Below, in pieces: positions 22,367-32,530 of a stretch of 64,000 nt of DNA. The notes beneath the pieces were generated by a model. The model saw only the letters and a list, made by a program, of their open reading frames with translations. It did no database searches and was not told the DNA's origin. Numbering within the stretch: position 1 is the first letter of the stretch; every line of letters starts with the position of its first letter. This stretch comes from an uncultured Verrucomicrobiae bacterium. GTDB taxonomy: Bacteria; Verrucomicrobiota; Verrucomicrobiia; Limisphaerales; AAA164-E04. Position numbers and translations under genes: made by a program. The stretch lies in NCBI GenBank assembly GCA_943788245.1, contig CALSPN010000012.1, forward strand, positions 28,552 to 92,551. The letters run 5' to 3'.

Positions 22367-23224
22367 TGAGCGAAATATACTGGAACGGGGAATATAAGAA
22401 AAAAAATGAGGCGATCGATTCCTCCTGATGATCGGGGCTTTTTGTTTGGGGATGGAGTCTACGAGGTTGTTCGCATTTACAGAGGGCGCTGTTTTGAAAT
22501 GTCAGCTCACGAACATCGTTTGCTGCAAAGTGCCTCTGGCATTGGAATAAAGATTAGTTGATTTCAAGGGCATGACTTGAAGTCGCTGAGAATTTACTCA
22601 GAAGGAATACCTTGCCGAATGGTGATGGGATTCTGTATTACCAAATCACCAGAGGCACGGCACCTCGCAAACATTTTTTTCCTGGGGAAGAGGTTCCAGC
22701 CGAATCATTATGCCTATGTGCAACCTTTGCCTGTCACTGACTTTAAAGAGCGACCAGGTGCCTCAGTTGTCACACTGCCTGATCGACGGTGGTTGGAATG
22801 TCATATTAAATCAATTGCCCTCCTTGGCAGCGTGCTGGCGGCACAACAAGCCAAAGAGCAAGGTGCCGTTGAAGCAGTGCTTCATCGTGATTCAGTAGTC
22901 ACTGAGGGCTCCCACACCAACGTGTTCGCTGTGGTTGATGGGGTTCTGAGAACACATCCAGCGAACCATCTGGTGCTCAATGGAATAACCCGGCGTATAG
23001 TGCTTGAGATTGACCCGAAAAGACGGGGTTCCGCATATGAAGAGACTTCATTGAGCCTCTCGGAATTAAAAAGTGCCAGTGAGGTTTTTCTCACTGGCAC
23101 GACGGTGGAAATATGGCCCGTTACACTATTGGATGGCAAACCAGTTGGCAATGGTCAAACCGGTCCAATCACCCAAGGTTTACAATCATTATTTGATCGG
23201 GGTAATGCTGATCGATTGACTTAA
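22367..23224 (+). pseudogene. Class IV aminotransferase (D-amino-acid transaminase-like), at least 3 frame breaks
   Basis: MSEIYWNGEY..., then DRGFLFGDGVYEVVRIYRG in the +1 frame after the A8 run 22400-22407, then ILYYQITRGTAPR in another frame. ORF 22577..23224 follows with DRRWLECHIKSIALLGSVLAAQQAKEQGAVEAVL, EGSHTNVF and NGITR. Confidence 0.75.
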
Positions 23225-24188
23225 TCGGTGTTACCTATGGAGTGTTTCAAATAACGATAAAGATCACTGTCAGTTGAGAGAATCATCGTAGTTTCCGGAT
23301 CAATGACCTCCTCATAGGTTTCGAGTGTTTTTACGAATTCATAAAAATCGACTGATTGCTTTGATTGGTTGTAAGCAGAGGCGTAGATTTCGGTGGCTCT
23401 CGCGTCCGCATCACCCTGGATTTTCTGAATTTCTTTGTAGGCTTCAGACTCGATTTCTTGAAGGTCGCGCTCCTTGTTTCCGATGATGCGTGCAGCTTCG
23501 CCTTCTCCCTCCGAGCGAAATCGTTCTGCAATTTGCTGGCGTTCACTGATCATACGCTCGTAGATCCTTTTACGCACGGTTTCGTTGTAGTTGATACGCT
23601 TGAAACGAATATCCAGCAATTCAATCCCAAAATCCTTGAGTTTCTCGCCTGCCAACGCGAAAATCTCTTTCTCGATCAAGCCTCGTCCCTTTCGAGATTT
23701 TGTATAAAACACCCACATTTCCGGGAGCGTCTGACAACACTTCATCAACGACAGGCTCCCGATCCTTGGTGGTACGAACAATTTCAATGAGTTCGTGTTT
23801 GGCAATGGCATTGCGGGTTTCACTGCCCAGGATATCGTTCAAGCGTGATTGAGCGCTTCTTTCATCGCGTAATCGCAGAAAGTATTGTTTGGCATCTTGA
23901 ATCCTCCAACGTGCAAAGGTATCCACCAGGATATATGTTTTATCCTTGGTTGGCATTTCGTTGGGTTTGCCGTCCCATGCCAGAAATCTGTTGTCGATTT
24001 GATTCACTTCCTGAATGAAAGGAATCTTGAAGTGGAGACCAGATTTTGTGATAGGATCGCCGACCGGTTTGCCGAATTGAGTGATAAGAACCTGTTCGGT
24101 CTCATGGATTGTATATGCGGCGTTGTACACCACAAATATCGCGATGATTGACGAGTAAGGATATGAATGAACCTGCTGCTTTTTGCAT
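23221..24188 (-). pseudogene. hflC: Protease modulator HflC (SPFH/band 7), two frame breaks
   Basis: ATG at 24188 (MQKAAGSF...), then ORFs 23621..24133 and 23221..23823. Motifs: VYNAAYTIHETEQVLITQFGKPVG, FLAWDGKPNEMPTKDK, IRFKRINYNETVRKRIYERMISERQQIAERFRSEGEGEAARIIG. It starts 15 nt after the hflK stop. Confidence 0.8.
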
Positions 24189-24202
24189 GATGAAATCTTT
24201 GT

Positions 24203-25186
24203 TTATTTATTGTCAGGGGCGATTTGGAGCAGCGGTAGGATCTGCTTTGCATCGGAATCCAGGATGATTTTCTTACCCATTTTCGGAATGATGGATCGCA
24301 TGGTTTCGAGATGTAAGTCGACGCTTGGTCACCTCCGGAGCTTTCAGGAATTCAGTGAACAATGCCGTAAACTTGGTAGCGTCACCTTCTGCTTCGTTGA
24401 CTCGCTTCAGTGCGTAGCCCTCCGCCGACCGGATTTTCTGATCCGCCTCACCACGCGCTCTTGGAACTACTTTGTTGTATTCGCCATTTGCCTGATTAAT
24501 AAGCTGCTCTCGCTGTTGTTGTGCCTGGTTTACTTCGTTGAAAGAGGGTTGAACTGGAGGGGGAGGGTTGACGTCCTTGAGTTGAACCTGATCGATACTG
24601 AGGCCCATTTTATAATTGTCGACCAATTCCTGCATCCGTCTGGAGTGCCACGACCTCAATTTCCTGACGTCCTACCGTGATGACCTCATCAACCGTACGA
24701 TCTCCGACGACCTCACGCATGACAGATTCAGAAACCGCACGCAAGGTGCTCTCCGGTTCCTTGACCTGAAACAGGAATTGCTTTGGATTGTTGACTCTAA
24801 ATTGAACGATCCATTCCACGGAAGCTGCGTTCAAGTCACCGGTGACCATGCTTTTCTCCCTGCTTTGCTCGGAGGATGACGTGTATTGGTAAGGGTTGGT
24901 GGCATCTCGGGGTACTGACTCCAAACTCCTGTTTCAACTGCCGTCTAACCGGAACGATTTGCACGGTATCAATACCGAAAGGCAATTTGAACTTCAGACC
25001 CGGCTCGACCGTCTTGATATACTTTCCGAAACGGAGGACAACACCTTGTGATTCCGCCTGTACCGTGTAGAACGCTGTTAATAACGCGATCACCGCGAGG
25101 ACTGCAATGAGCCCCATGATAATTGCCCTGAACTGGCTTTTTTGGTCGTTGAAGTTGGCTTCAAAGACCTTTTTGATCTGACTCAT
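24203..25186 (-). pseudogene. hflK: Protease modulator HflK (SPFH/band 7), three frame breaks
   Basis: ORFs 24836..25186, 24610..24924 and 24273..24659, plus a last piece ending at TAA 24203-24205. N-terminal TM then GVVLRFGKYIKTVEPGLKFKLPFGID. Later motifs: REVVGDRTVDEVIT, VQLKDVNPPPPVQPSFNEVNQAQQ, KAPEVTKRRLY. Confidence 0.8.
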
Positions 25187-28100
25187 TTCTAATAATTACT
25201 TGAAATTGCTGTTTTTGGGAATCGCCGCCTGATTCCAGATAAGCCAGCAGGTCCAGGATCTCATCTTTAGTCAAAACCTGAATAAGTCCCTCTGGCATGG
25301 GGGACAAGGTTGAGTTTTCTCTGGACTGGATATCCGAAATCTTGATGGACGTCCTCACTGCTGAATAAGGGTTTTGAAGAATCTCTATGGACTCCTCTGT
25401 TTCACCCACGATACGCCCTACATACTGTTCGTCATCCTTGGTGTTGATCTTTTCATATACATACTGCTCTGAAAGGACTTTCGAGGGATGGATGATCGAA
25501 TCAAGAATATCCTGTCGTTGAGAATCGACTGCTGATAGCTGTCAAATCTGGGCCAACAGAGCCGCCGCTCATCCCCGAATCGATGACAAGCGCCACATTG
25601 TGCAGCTTCATAGGCTAATCGGCCCTGCTCAAAATTCCGGCCTTTTTTGACATTGTCTCAGAGAATGGCATGATATCATCCATGCTCCAATCCGTAAATT
25701 TACTTCGAGTCAAGATGGGGTTGGGGGGCTGGTCCTTGACGACTGATTGCCCTCCATCAAGGATATCGCTCAGAGCGGTCCTTTCCTCTTTCGACAACGT
25801 TGCCTCAGCATCTTTTTTGATATTGGCGATGAATTTGTTGAAACTGGCTCCCATGGAAACGGTGCGTCCAACCTCGGAAAACCAGGTGAGCAAATCAGCA
25901 GGGTGCTGCACACTTTTGAAATTTTGATTGAACCAGCTGAAATATCGCCTTCTCTGATCCAGTGACCAACCTTGACCTACATTTCTCAAAGTGAAAACAT
26001 AATGTAGCTGGTCCTCGATGTACTTCGAGCTTTCAATCAGTTTGAGAGTTTCAGTGATTGTGTCTGGGACGTTCAAATAAGCAGCGATCTTGGATAATTC
26101 CTTGTTGACAGTTTGGCTTTTGCTTGGGAAATAGACGACCTACAGCTTCCGTTACAGCCTCAGCAATGTCATTGTCTGGCCGCCCCATTCGAATGAATGA
26201 TAATTGAAGGATTCGCAGAACCTGCATTTGCTGCTCTTCAGGTAAATCTGTTGAATTAATTTCCCCAAGTTTCATCAAAAGTGGATTCTGCCACTCTTGA
26301 CCGCCCTTTCTCGCGAGTGCCATTAAGCCCGTCAAGCTACCTTGAATACTCTGTTCATCGATAACTCTTTCTGCCCAGTACTGGACGGGTTGGCTCTCAA
26401 TGGCAATTCGGGCAGCATATCGAATCCAACGGTCATGGCTTCTCAAATGCGGCCATGAAAACGTGATGCACTCCGAATCAATTCGACCGTGATAGGATTC
26501 AAGTTTCCTTCTCAGCAGGCGTGCGTCCGCTTCTTCCTCCGATACATAGGACGCCTCATCCGTTGATTCGTCCCCTTGATAAGTAACGCGATAAAGTCCG
26601 GACTGAGTGCCCCTTCCTCCAACGGTAAAATAGAGAGCTCCGTCAGGGCCAATTTCCATGTCGGAAACATTCAATGGTTTGCCTTTGACAAATGTTTCTT
26701 TAGAACCGAAATAACTAGCTCCATCCGGCATCAGGTGGACTGCCAAAATCCGTCCATACGACCAGTCCATCACATAAAGAGCCTTCTGGTATTTTGCTGG
26801 GAATTTGGTTCCATAACCAAAGCAAACTCCCGTGGGTGATCCTATACCAATGTCTGCGGTCGCAGGTAAACTGTCCTCAAAATAGGAAGGCCACTTACTG
26901 GTGCCGGAGCGCCATCCGTATTCCCCTCCGATGACAGAGTGAATGACACGCGTTGGTCGATACCATGGAGTACCCCAATCCCATTCCATGTCACTATCAA
27001 ACGTAAACATTTCACCATCGGCATTGAAGTCGAAGTCATATGCGTTTCTGTATCCAGCCAGCAACAACTCCCATGTTTTACCTTCCGCATCGGTTCGGAC
27101 AATATAGCCGCCCGGAGCCATGACGCCAGTGGCGTGACCATTGCCATCCCATTGGCGTGGCAGCAGATGATCCTCCTTGTAATTTTGGTGAGGTGAGTTT
27201 TCGTCCACTCCCTCTGGAACTCGGGTGTGGTTACCGTTCATCATGTAAATCATGCCATCTGGGCCCAGCCTCAATCCATGATAGCCATGCTCGCCTTCAC
27301 CTCGAATTGCCTTCAGGAACTGGGTTTCATCGTCAGTCCAGCGGTCGTCCTTATTGGTATCAACCCAACGATACAAGCCTGTGCCTTTCGGCCCGTGACC
27401 GTTGATATACAGACTGTCATGGGCATGGAGAAGCCCCATGGCGTGACGCACCTTGGTCGTTGTGAATGCCTCTACCTTGGGTGAGTTTGAGTCGATGTTG
27501 GTGATGCGCAAAAGGGGATCATTGTCAGATTGAGGAGAAATGATGGCGCGTCCTTTGTCGTCAAATGTCATCGCAACCCAGGAACCTTGTCCTGCTTGGG
27601 ATGAGAGAACGAGGTCTATTTTGAATCCTTTGGGGACTTCCAGGGATTCCGCTTTGGTGCCCTTTCCAGATTCAAACACGTTCCCCCAGGGCTGATCACC
27701 CAGTTTTGCGACAAAGGATGCCCGGGACCATTTGGAATCGTCAAATTCAAGATGCATCCACCCTTCTTCAGTTTCCAATGAGCTGACCCAATTTACGCTG
27801 GATTCGAGGGTAGGACTGGGGCCTTCACGACGTTTGATTTTAAGTCGGGCCATCAAACCGCCTGGACCTCCTTGATTAGTGGCTTTAATGGCAATTACAT
27901 TCCGACCCTGCTTTAATTTTGCCGATAAATCTGCAAAAACAGGTCGTTCCCAATTACGGCTGGTGCCAATGCGTTCTCCGTTGAGGTAAGCGATTCCAGT
28001 ATTATCTACGGAGAGGGCAAATTCCGCACTTTCCCAGCCACCGGCCAAGGTGAATTCATAGCGAAAAAATCTGGGGTCAGAGGATGAGCTCGGATCAGTG

Positions 28101-28201
28101 TCATCAGGATTCCAGATCCATGAACCTGCCAGCGAAGTGCTGTGCGAGCAGATCAATGCCAGAAGGCCAATGGAAAGAGCGCTGTAAAAGCTACGTTTCA
28201 T
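25161..28201 (-). pseudogene. PVC-type heme-binding (CxxCH) 'membrane-bound dehydrogenase' domain protein with HEAT-like repeats; C-terminal third frame-broken
   Basis: ORF 26051..28363; the likely start is ATG 28201 (MKRSFYSALSIGLLALICSHSTSLAG signal). Domains in order: N-terminal beta-sandwich, then a propeller region (LYFTVGGRGTQSGLYRV), then helical repeats. Pieces 25615..26076 and 25161..25409 follow. The heme motif AAQCGACHRFGDE is readable at 25583-25597 in a further frame. The tail is ...MPEGLIQVLTKDEILDLLAYLESGG. Confidence 0.7.
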
Positions 28202-28349
28202 ATGTTTGATGCCAAATTCACAATAGAGGACATTGATTTGAACATAGTTAAGAAGTCTCGCAAGGAGTTTCTTGCGTGGAAAACATGAGCTGGAGGTAAA
28301 ATGATTCATTTGACAGGGGATTTTCTTGATGGGCGGGGTCGAACTCTTT

Positions 28350-28726
28350 TTATCGTTGCCCATCTAGTCGCTCGATGCGCGTGTTTATCGGATCAACATG
28401 CATGTATCGATCCATCGGGTGTGATCGAACCGGGTTTTCCCATGTTATGTGAACGCCTCCATTGAGGCGTGTGAGCTTGGTCGTTTTTGTCAGATAGAGA
28501 CTCACCATACCAGCCCCTTCTTTTGGTGCCTTTGGCTTTGGTGACATTCGTAACAGTCCTGAGCCAAAACAGGACGAATGCGGCTCTCAAAAAAATCGAT
28601 ATTGCTGGAGTTATGCTCTGATGCCAGCGTAACCGAATCAAGGCCAAGGAATCCGGAGGCTGCTATCAACAAGTATAAAATCATGGGTTCATATATTCTC
28701 ATGAGAGAACATTTGTAAAATGCCAC
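28350..28726 (-). pseudogene. Small planctomycete-cytochrome-c (PSCyt1) domain gene or remnant, frame-broken
   Basis: Signal/TM MILYLLIAASGFLG, then FFESRIRPVLAQDCYECH (PSCyt1 signature). The expected K.GGLRLD...GG..GPA..PG continuation is spread over two further frames (ORFs 28393..28647 and 28350..28547). Confidence 0.45.
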
Positions 28727-28915
28727 TTTTCCACGCTTTGGGCAATATGCTAAATGAAATGCCTTTGTTCAGCGTGCATTTTCAATAAAAGCAAAAGTTA
28801 GCGGACCATTTATTCATGGAAGGAAATACGACCCTGTTTATTTATTTACGCTGATGGTAAACAAGAAGGGCTTGGGAATTTTTCAAAATTACATGGTAAA
28901 AAGGCAGGGATTGTT

Positions 28916-31900
28916 TCAGGTCATTTCAATCGTTTGATTCACCGCAAGAAAATGAAGCCACTTGTGAGTGACTGGGCGTTGGTAAATTCTTTGCAGAGCC
29001 TGTGCATAGAGCTCGATTTGAGGCCGATATTGATCCAGTTTTCCCGAAAGGCCTTGTGGTTCAATCTGGTCTGTTTTGTAGTCGAGAATTTGAATGGATT
29101 CGTTCCTCAGGATGGCGACATCCACAATACCCTGGATGATCACGAACTCATGTGATACTTCTTTTTCAATCTGGTGAGCGAGTCCGAGTGCTTTCAGCTC
29201 CGATAATTCAAAGCGCGCTGTGAAAGGTAATTCTCGGTGAAGCTGTGTGCGGTGTGTCCGTATACTCTGACCGATATCCGAATGCCAGAAAGCGGCAATC
29301 GATGATAGATTCAAGGCGTCATTGGCGCGCGGATCGAGATGCCCTGAATCGATCATCTGATCTCTTTGCTCAGCCAAGACATCCATTGTCATGTCATTAT
29401 CTAAATCCAGCCACTGAAGAAAATGATGATGGATCGTTCCTTTCTCACCGGGGGACAGGCCATCAGGTATGGGTTTTTCCCCAACTTTTCCCTTGATGCT
29501 GCGTTCATCAAACCATGAAGCCGATTCTGTTTCATGAATTTCAATCTGATGTTTCTTTCGAAGCATTGTTACCGTCGCCTTGGCCGGATGGTGCGATGCA
29601 TCAGGGTTTGGATATTGCCAGCCTGATATGTTCAACCAACGGTTGATCCAGGTGGGTTTACCATATGCTTCTTCGTCGTCAATCACAGGATCATGCTCTG
29701 GTTCGGAATCCTGTGTTTGGGCTTCCGAGTGTATGTGCCAATCCACACCGCGGTTGGAACCTTTGGGTTTTAACCACCACTCGGAATCCTTCCAGTATCG
29801 AGTCATCCATGGGAACAACCAGTCCATGGCGCATCGGGCATGTGTGGTTCGAATTTCTTGATGTGTCTCTTCAGAAAGTTGACTCCACTTTTTCATCTTC
29901 TGCTCTGAGGTAGACGCTACCAGAACAAGGAGATCTTTCGCTCTTGTGAAAGCGACGTAAAGGAGTCGCAATTCTTCCTGAAGGTTCTCAGCTTTGCGAC
30001 GGCGACGGCAGATCCATAAAGGAAGGCTTGGGTAGCGGGGTTTTTCGCCGGGTGGCTGAATCATTCCGGCAAGTCCAAGGGATTCATCCAACATCCAGGT
30101 TTGCTGTACATCCTGAAAATTGAAGGTACTTCCAAGGCCAGTCACTGCTACGACTGGAAATTCCAGACCTTTGCTTTTGTGGATGCTCATCAATTGCACC
30201 GTTTGTCCATCGTCTGCCGTGCCTAAATCAAATTCGGTCTCGGATGCGCGTTTGTTTTCAATGTATTGAAGGAAGCGACTCAGTCCCTTTTGTTGATAAT
30301 GATCAAACTGACGCGCCATGCGCAGTAATTGCTGCACATGCATGATAGCCTCTTTGCCTTCTGTTTCACTGGCGGATAGACTTTCCATGTAAAGGGTGTC
30401 ATTCAAAATACATTCCAACCTGCGGCTTAGGTTGAGCTGCCGTCCTGATTGGCGCCATTGATGAAACTGTTGTAGAAAATGCTGTGCCCTCTGCTTGGCG
30501 GACTGAGCTTCTGGATCTTGTTTCAAGTCATCTGGCAGCAAGGTTTCCAGCGGCTGATCGCTGAATTGATTCAAGGCTTTCCAGAAATTGGCCTTTTTCG
30601 CTCCGATACGAATGAGCGCGAGTTGATTGTTGGATAGACCTGCCAGGGGCGATCGCAGGACCGCGATCAGCGGAATGTCCTGACGAGGGTTATCGAGAAG
30701 CATCAGGAGCGACAAAAGGTCTGTGATCTCACTGCGTTCTAACATCCCGCTTCGCGGGACTTGCAAAGGGACACCAAGCTGTGAAAAAATCCGTGAGTAA
30801 GCATCTGCCTTGGACCGCACTGAACGCATCAAAATGGCCATGTCGCTCCATCTGACCTTGCGAAGAGACTGGGTTTTCGAATCGAGGACCAAATGCCCGC
30901 TTTCACTCAATTTTTTCAATCGTAATCCAATGGCCCAGGCTTCTTTCTCCGTGTTGGACAGATCCACTTCATTTGCCTGGGAAGCGTCCGTTTCCTGACG
31001 GGATACTTCACTCAGGAGGAAATGGCATTCCACAGAGCTGCTGTTTGACTCAAGCGTTTCAGCCCGGTTGTCAGGATCTCCGAAAAGCAGGTGAGCTCGT
31101 TCATCAAATCCTTGATTCGATGCCATGAGTTCACTGAAGCAGTCATTGACGAATGTCAAAATACCGGGACGACTACGGAAGTTTTCTTGTAAATAAACGA
31201 CTTGTCTTGGCTCCTCCTCATTGGGTTGATTCCAGGTCTTTTCGTAATCGTTAAAGAATTGGGGCTTAGCCAAACGAAAACTGTAGATGCTCTGCTTGAC
31301 ATCACCCACCAGAAAACGGTTTGCCCTGCCGGCATTACCAGAAATCGACGCCAGTATGCAATCCTGAGCTGCATTGATATCCTGATACTCATCGACATAG
31401 ACGTGCTTGAATTGTCTCTGGATACTTTCGGCCAGATCGGTTGCTTGTTTTGTTTTTCGATCCCAGAGCAGGGTAAGCGCAGACTGTTCCAGATCGGTGA
31501 AATCCAACCCCCCGCGCTCAAGTTTCTTCGCTTTGAAACGTGCCGAAAATGCGCGTGTTAACTCCAATAATGTGCGGGCCCGTTCTCGATACCAGTTCCA
31601 ATCTTCTTTGAGTGGATTATTCCCAGAGTCTTCCGATGGAGATAGCGTGGCAAGGAAAGCTGCGTCATCGAGTAATTTTCCCATAGGCTCCCGATGCTTT
31701 GTTTTACAACCCCTGGGCCAATGATCCTTATGATCTCGGTGAGCTAATTCTTCTAAACAATCGCTCAGTGACTCCAGAGACGGATCGCTTGCGTTGAAGG
31801 TTTTGAGAATCTTCAGGCAGACTATGGCATTTGTGTTTTCTTCCGGAAGATGGCTCAGGTCTGATATCCACTCCTTTGACCATGACTGCACTTCTTCGAC

Positions 31901-32530
31901 GAGCCATTGGTACCATTGTCCCGGGGATTCAAGAATCAGCCTCTGGCTTTGATCAAGTAGCCACCCATCGGGATCCACCATGGCACAGCTGTAGCGATGG
32001 ATCTTGAGGATCCATTCCCGAAGGCCTTTGTCCCATCCGTTTTCAAATTCAGCCACATATCGGCGCACTGATTCTGATAATTCATCCGTGCCGTCGTAAT
32101 GTTGATCGAGCAATTCATCGAGTGTTTGTTGCTCAAGACTCGAGACTTCCTCTGTTTCCAGAACGCGTGCCTGTGGATCCAGGACAAGCAAATGAAAATG
32201 CTGTCGGATCAGGTTGAGGCAAAATGAATGCAACGTCCCTATGGATGCTGCATCAATCTGTGCCAGTTTTTCCTGCAAGTCAGCGTTTTGCGGATCATTT
32301 TCAAGGGCTTGCTCCAGTCTGTCAGCGATACGTTCCTTCATTTCCGTTGCAGCTGCCTCGGTGAAGGTGACCATCAAAATTTCCAGAAGCGTGGTTTTCT
32401 CCTCTGGATCAATCAACTGCTTCATACAGCGGTCGATCAAAGTGCGTGTTTTACCCGTGCCCGCTCCTGCAACTACCAGGATATTTCCCTTGGCGTGTAT
32501 CGCTTTTTTCTGTGCCGGTGTGTGTTTCAT
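28916..32530 (-). CDS. addA: Helicase-nuclease AddA (UvrD/Rep helicase with C-terminal PD-(D/E)XK nuclease)
   Basis: Intact 1204-aa ORF. Walker A VVAGAGTGKTRTL, VDEYQDIN, helicase motifs (LQENFRSRPGIL, MSIHKSKGLEFPVV, LLYVAFTRAK) and a C-terminal nuclease GIVDVAIL...ILDYKTD. Its ATG overlaps the addB stop (ATGA at 32527-32530). Confidence 0.85.
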   Translation of the reverse strand: MKHTPAQKKAIHAKGNILVVAGAGTGKTRTLIDRCMKQLIDPEEKTTLLEILMVTFTEAAATEMKERIADRLEQALENDPQNADLQEKLAQIDAASIGTLHSFCLNLIRQHFHLLVLDPQARVLETEEVSSLEQQTLDELLDQHYDGTDELSESVRRYVAEFENGWDKGLREWILKIHRYSCAMVDPDGWLLDQSQRLILESPGQWYQWLVEEVQSWSKEWISDLSHLPEENTNAIVCLKILKTFNASDPSLESLSDCLEELAHRDHKDHWPRGCKTKHREPMGKLLDDAAFLATLSPSEDSGNNPLKEDWNWYRERARTLLELTRAFSARFKAKKLERGGLDFTDLEQSALTLLWDRKTKQATDLAESIQRQFKHVYVDEYQDINAAQDCILASISGNAGRANRFLVGDVKQSIYSFRLAKPQFFNDYEKTWNQPNEEEPRQVVYLQENFRSRPGILTFVNDCFSELMASNQGFDERAHLLFGDPDNRAETLESNSSSVECHFLLSEVSRQETDASQANEVDLSNTEKEAWAIGLRLKKLSESGHLVLDSKTQSLRKVRWSDMAILMRSVRSKADAYSRIFSQLGVPLQVPRSGMLERSEITDLLSLLMLLDNPRQDIPLIAVLRSPLAGLSNNQLALIRIGAKKANFWKALNQFSDQPLETLLPDDLKQDPEAQSAKQRAQHFLQQFHQWRQSGRQLNLSRRLECILNDTLYMESLSASETEGKEAIMHVQQLLRMARQFDHYQQKGLSRFLQYIENKRASETEFDLGTADDGQTVQLMSIHKSKGLEFPVVAVTGLGSTFNFQDVQQTWMLDESLGLAGMIQPPGEKPRYPSLPLWICRRRRKAENLQEELRLLYVAFTRAKDLLVLVASTSEQKMKKWSQLSEETHQEIRTTHARCAMDWLFPWMTRYWKDSEWWLKPKGSNRGVDWHIHSEAQTQDSEPEHDPVIDDEEAYGKPTWINRWLNISGWQYPNPDASHHPAKATVTMLRKKHQIEIHETESASWFDERSIKGKVGEKPIPDGLSPGEKGTIHHHFLQWLDLDNDMTMDVLAEQRDQMIDSGHLDPRANDALNLSSIAAFWHSDIGQSIRTHRTQLHRELPFTARFELSELKALGLAHQIEKEVSHEFVIIQGIVDVAILRNESIQILDYKTDQIEPQGLSGKLDQYRPQIELYAQALQRIYQRPVTHKWLHFLAVNQTIEMT

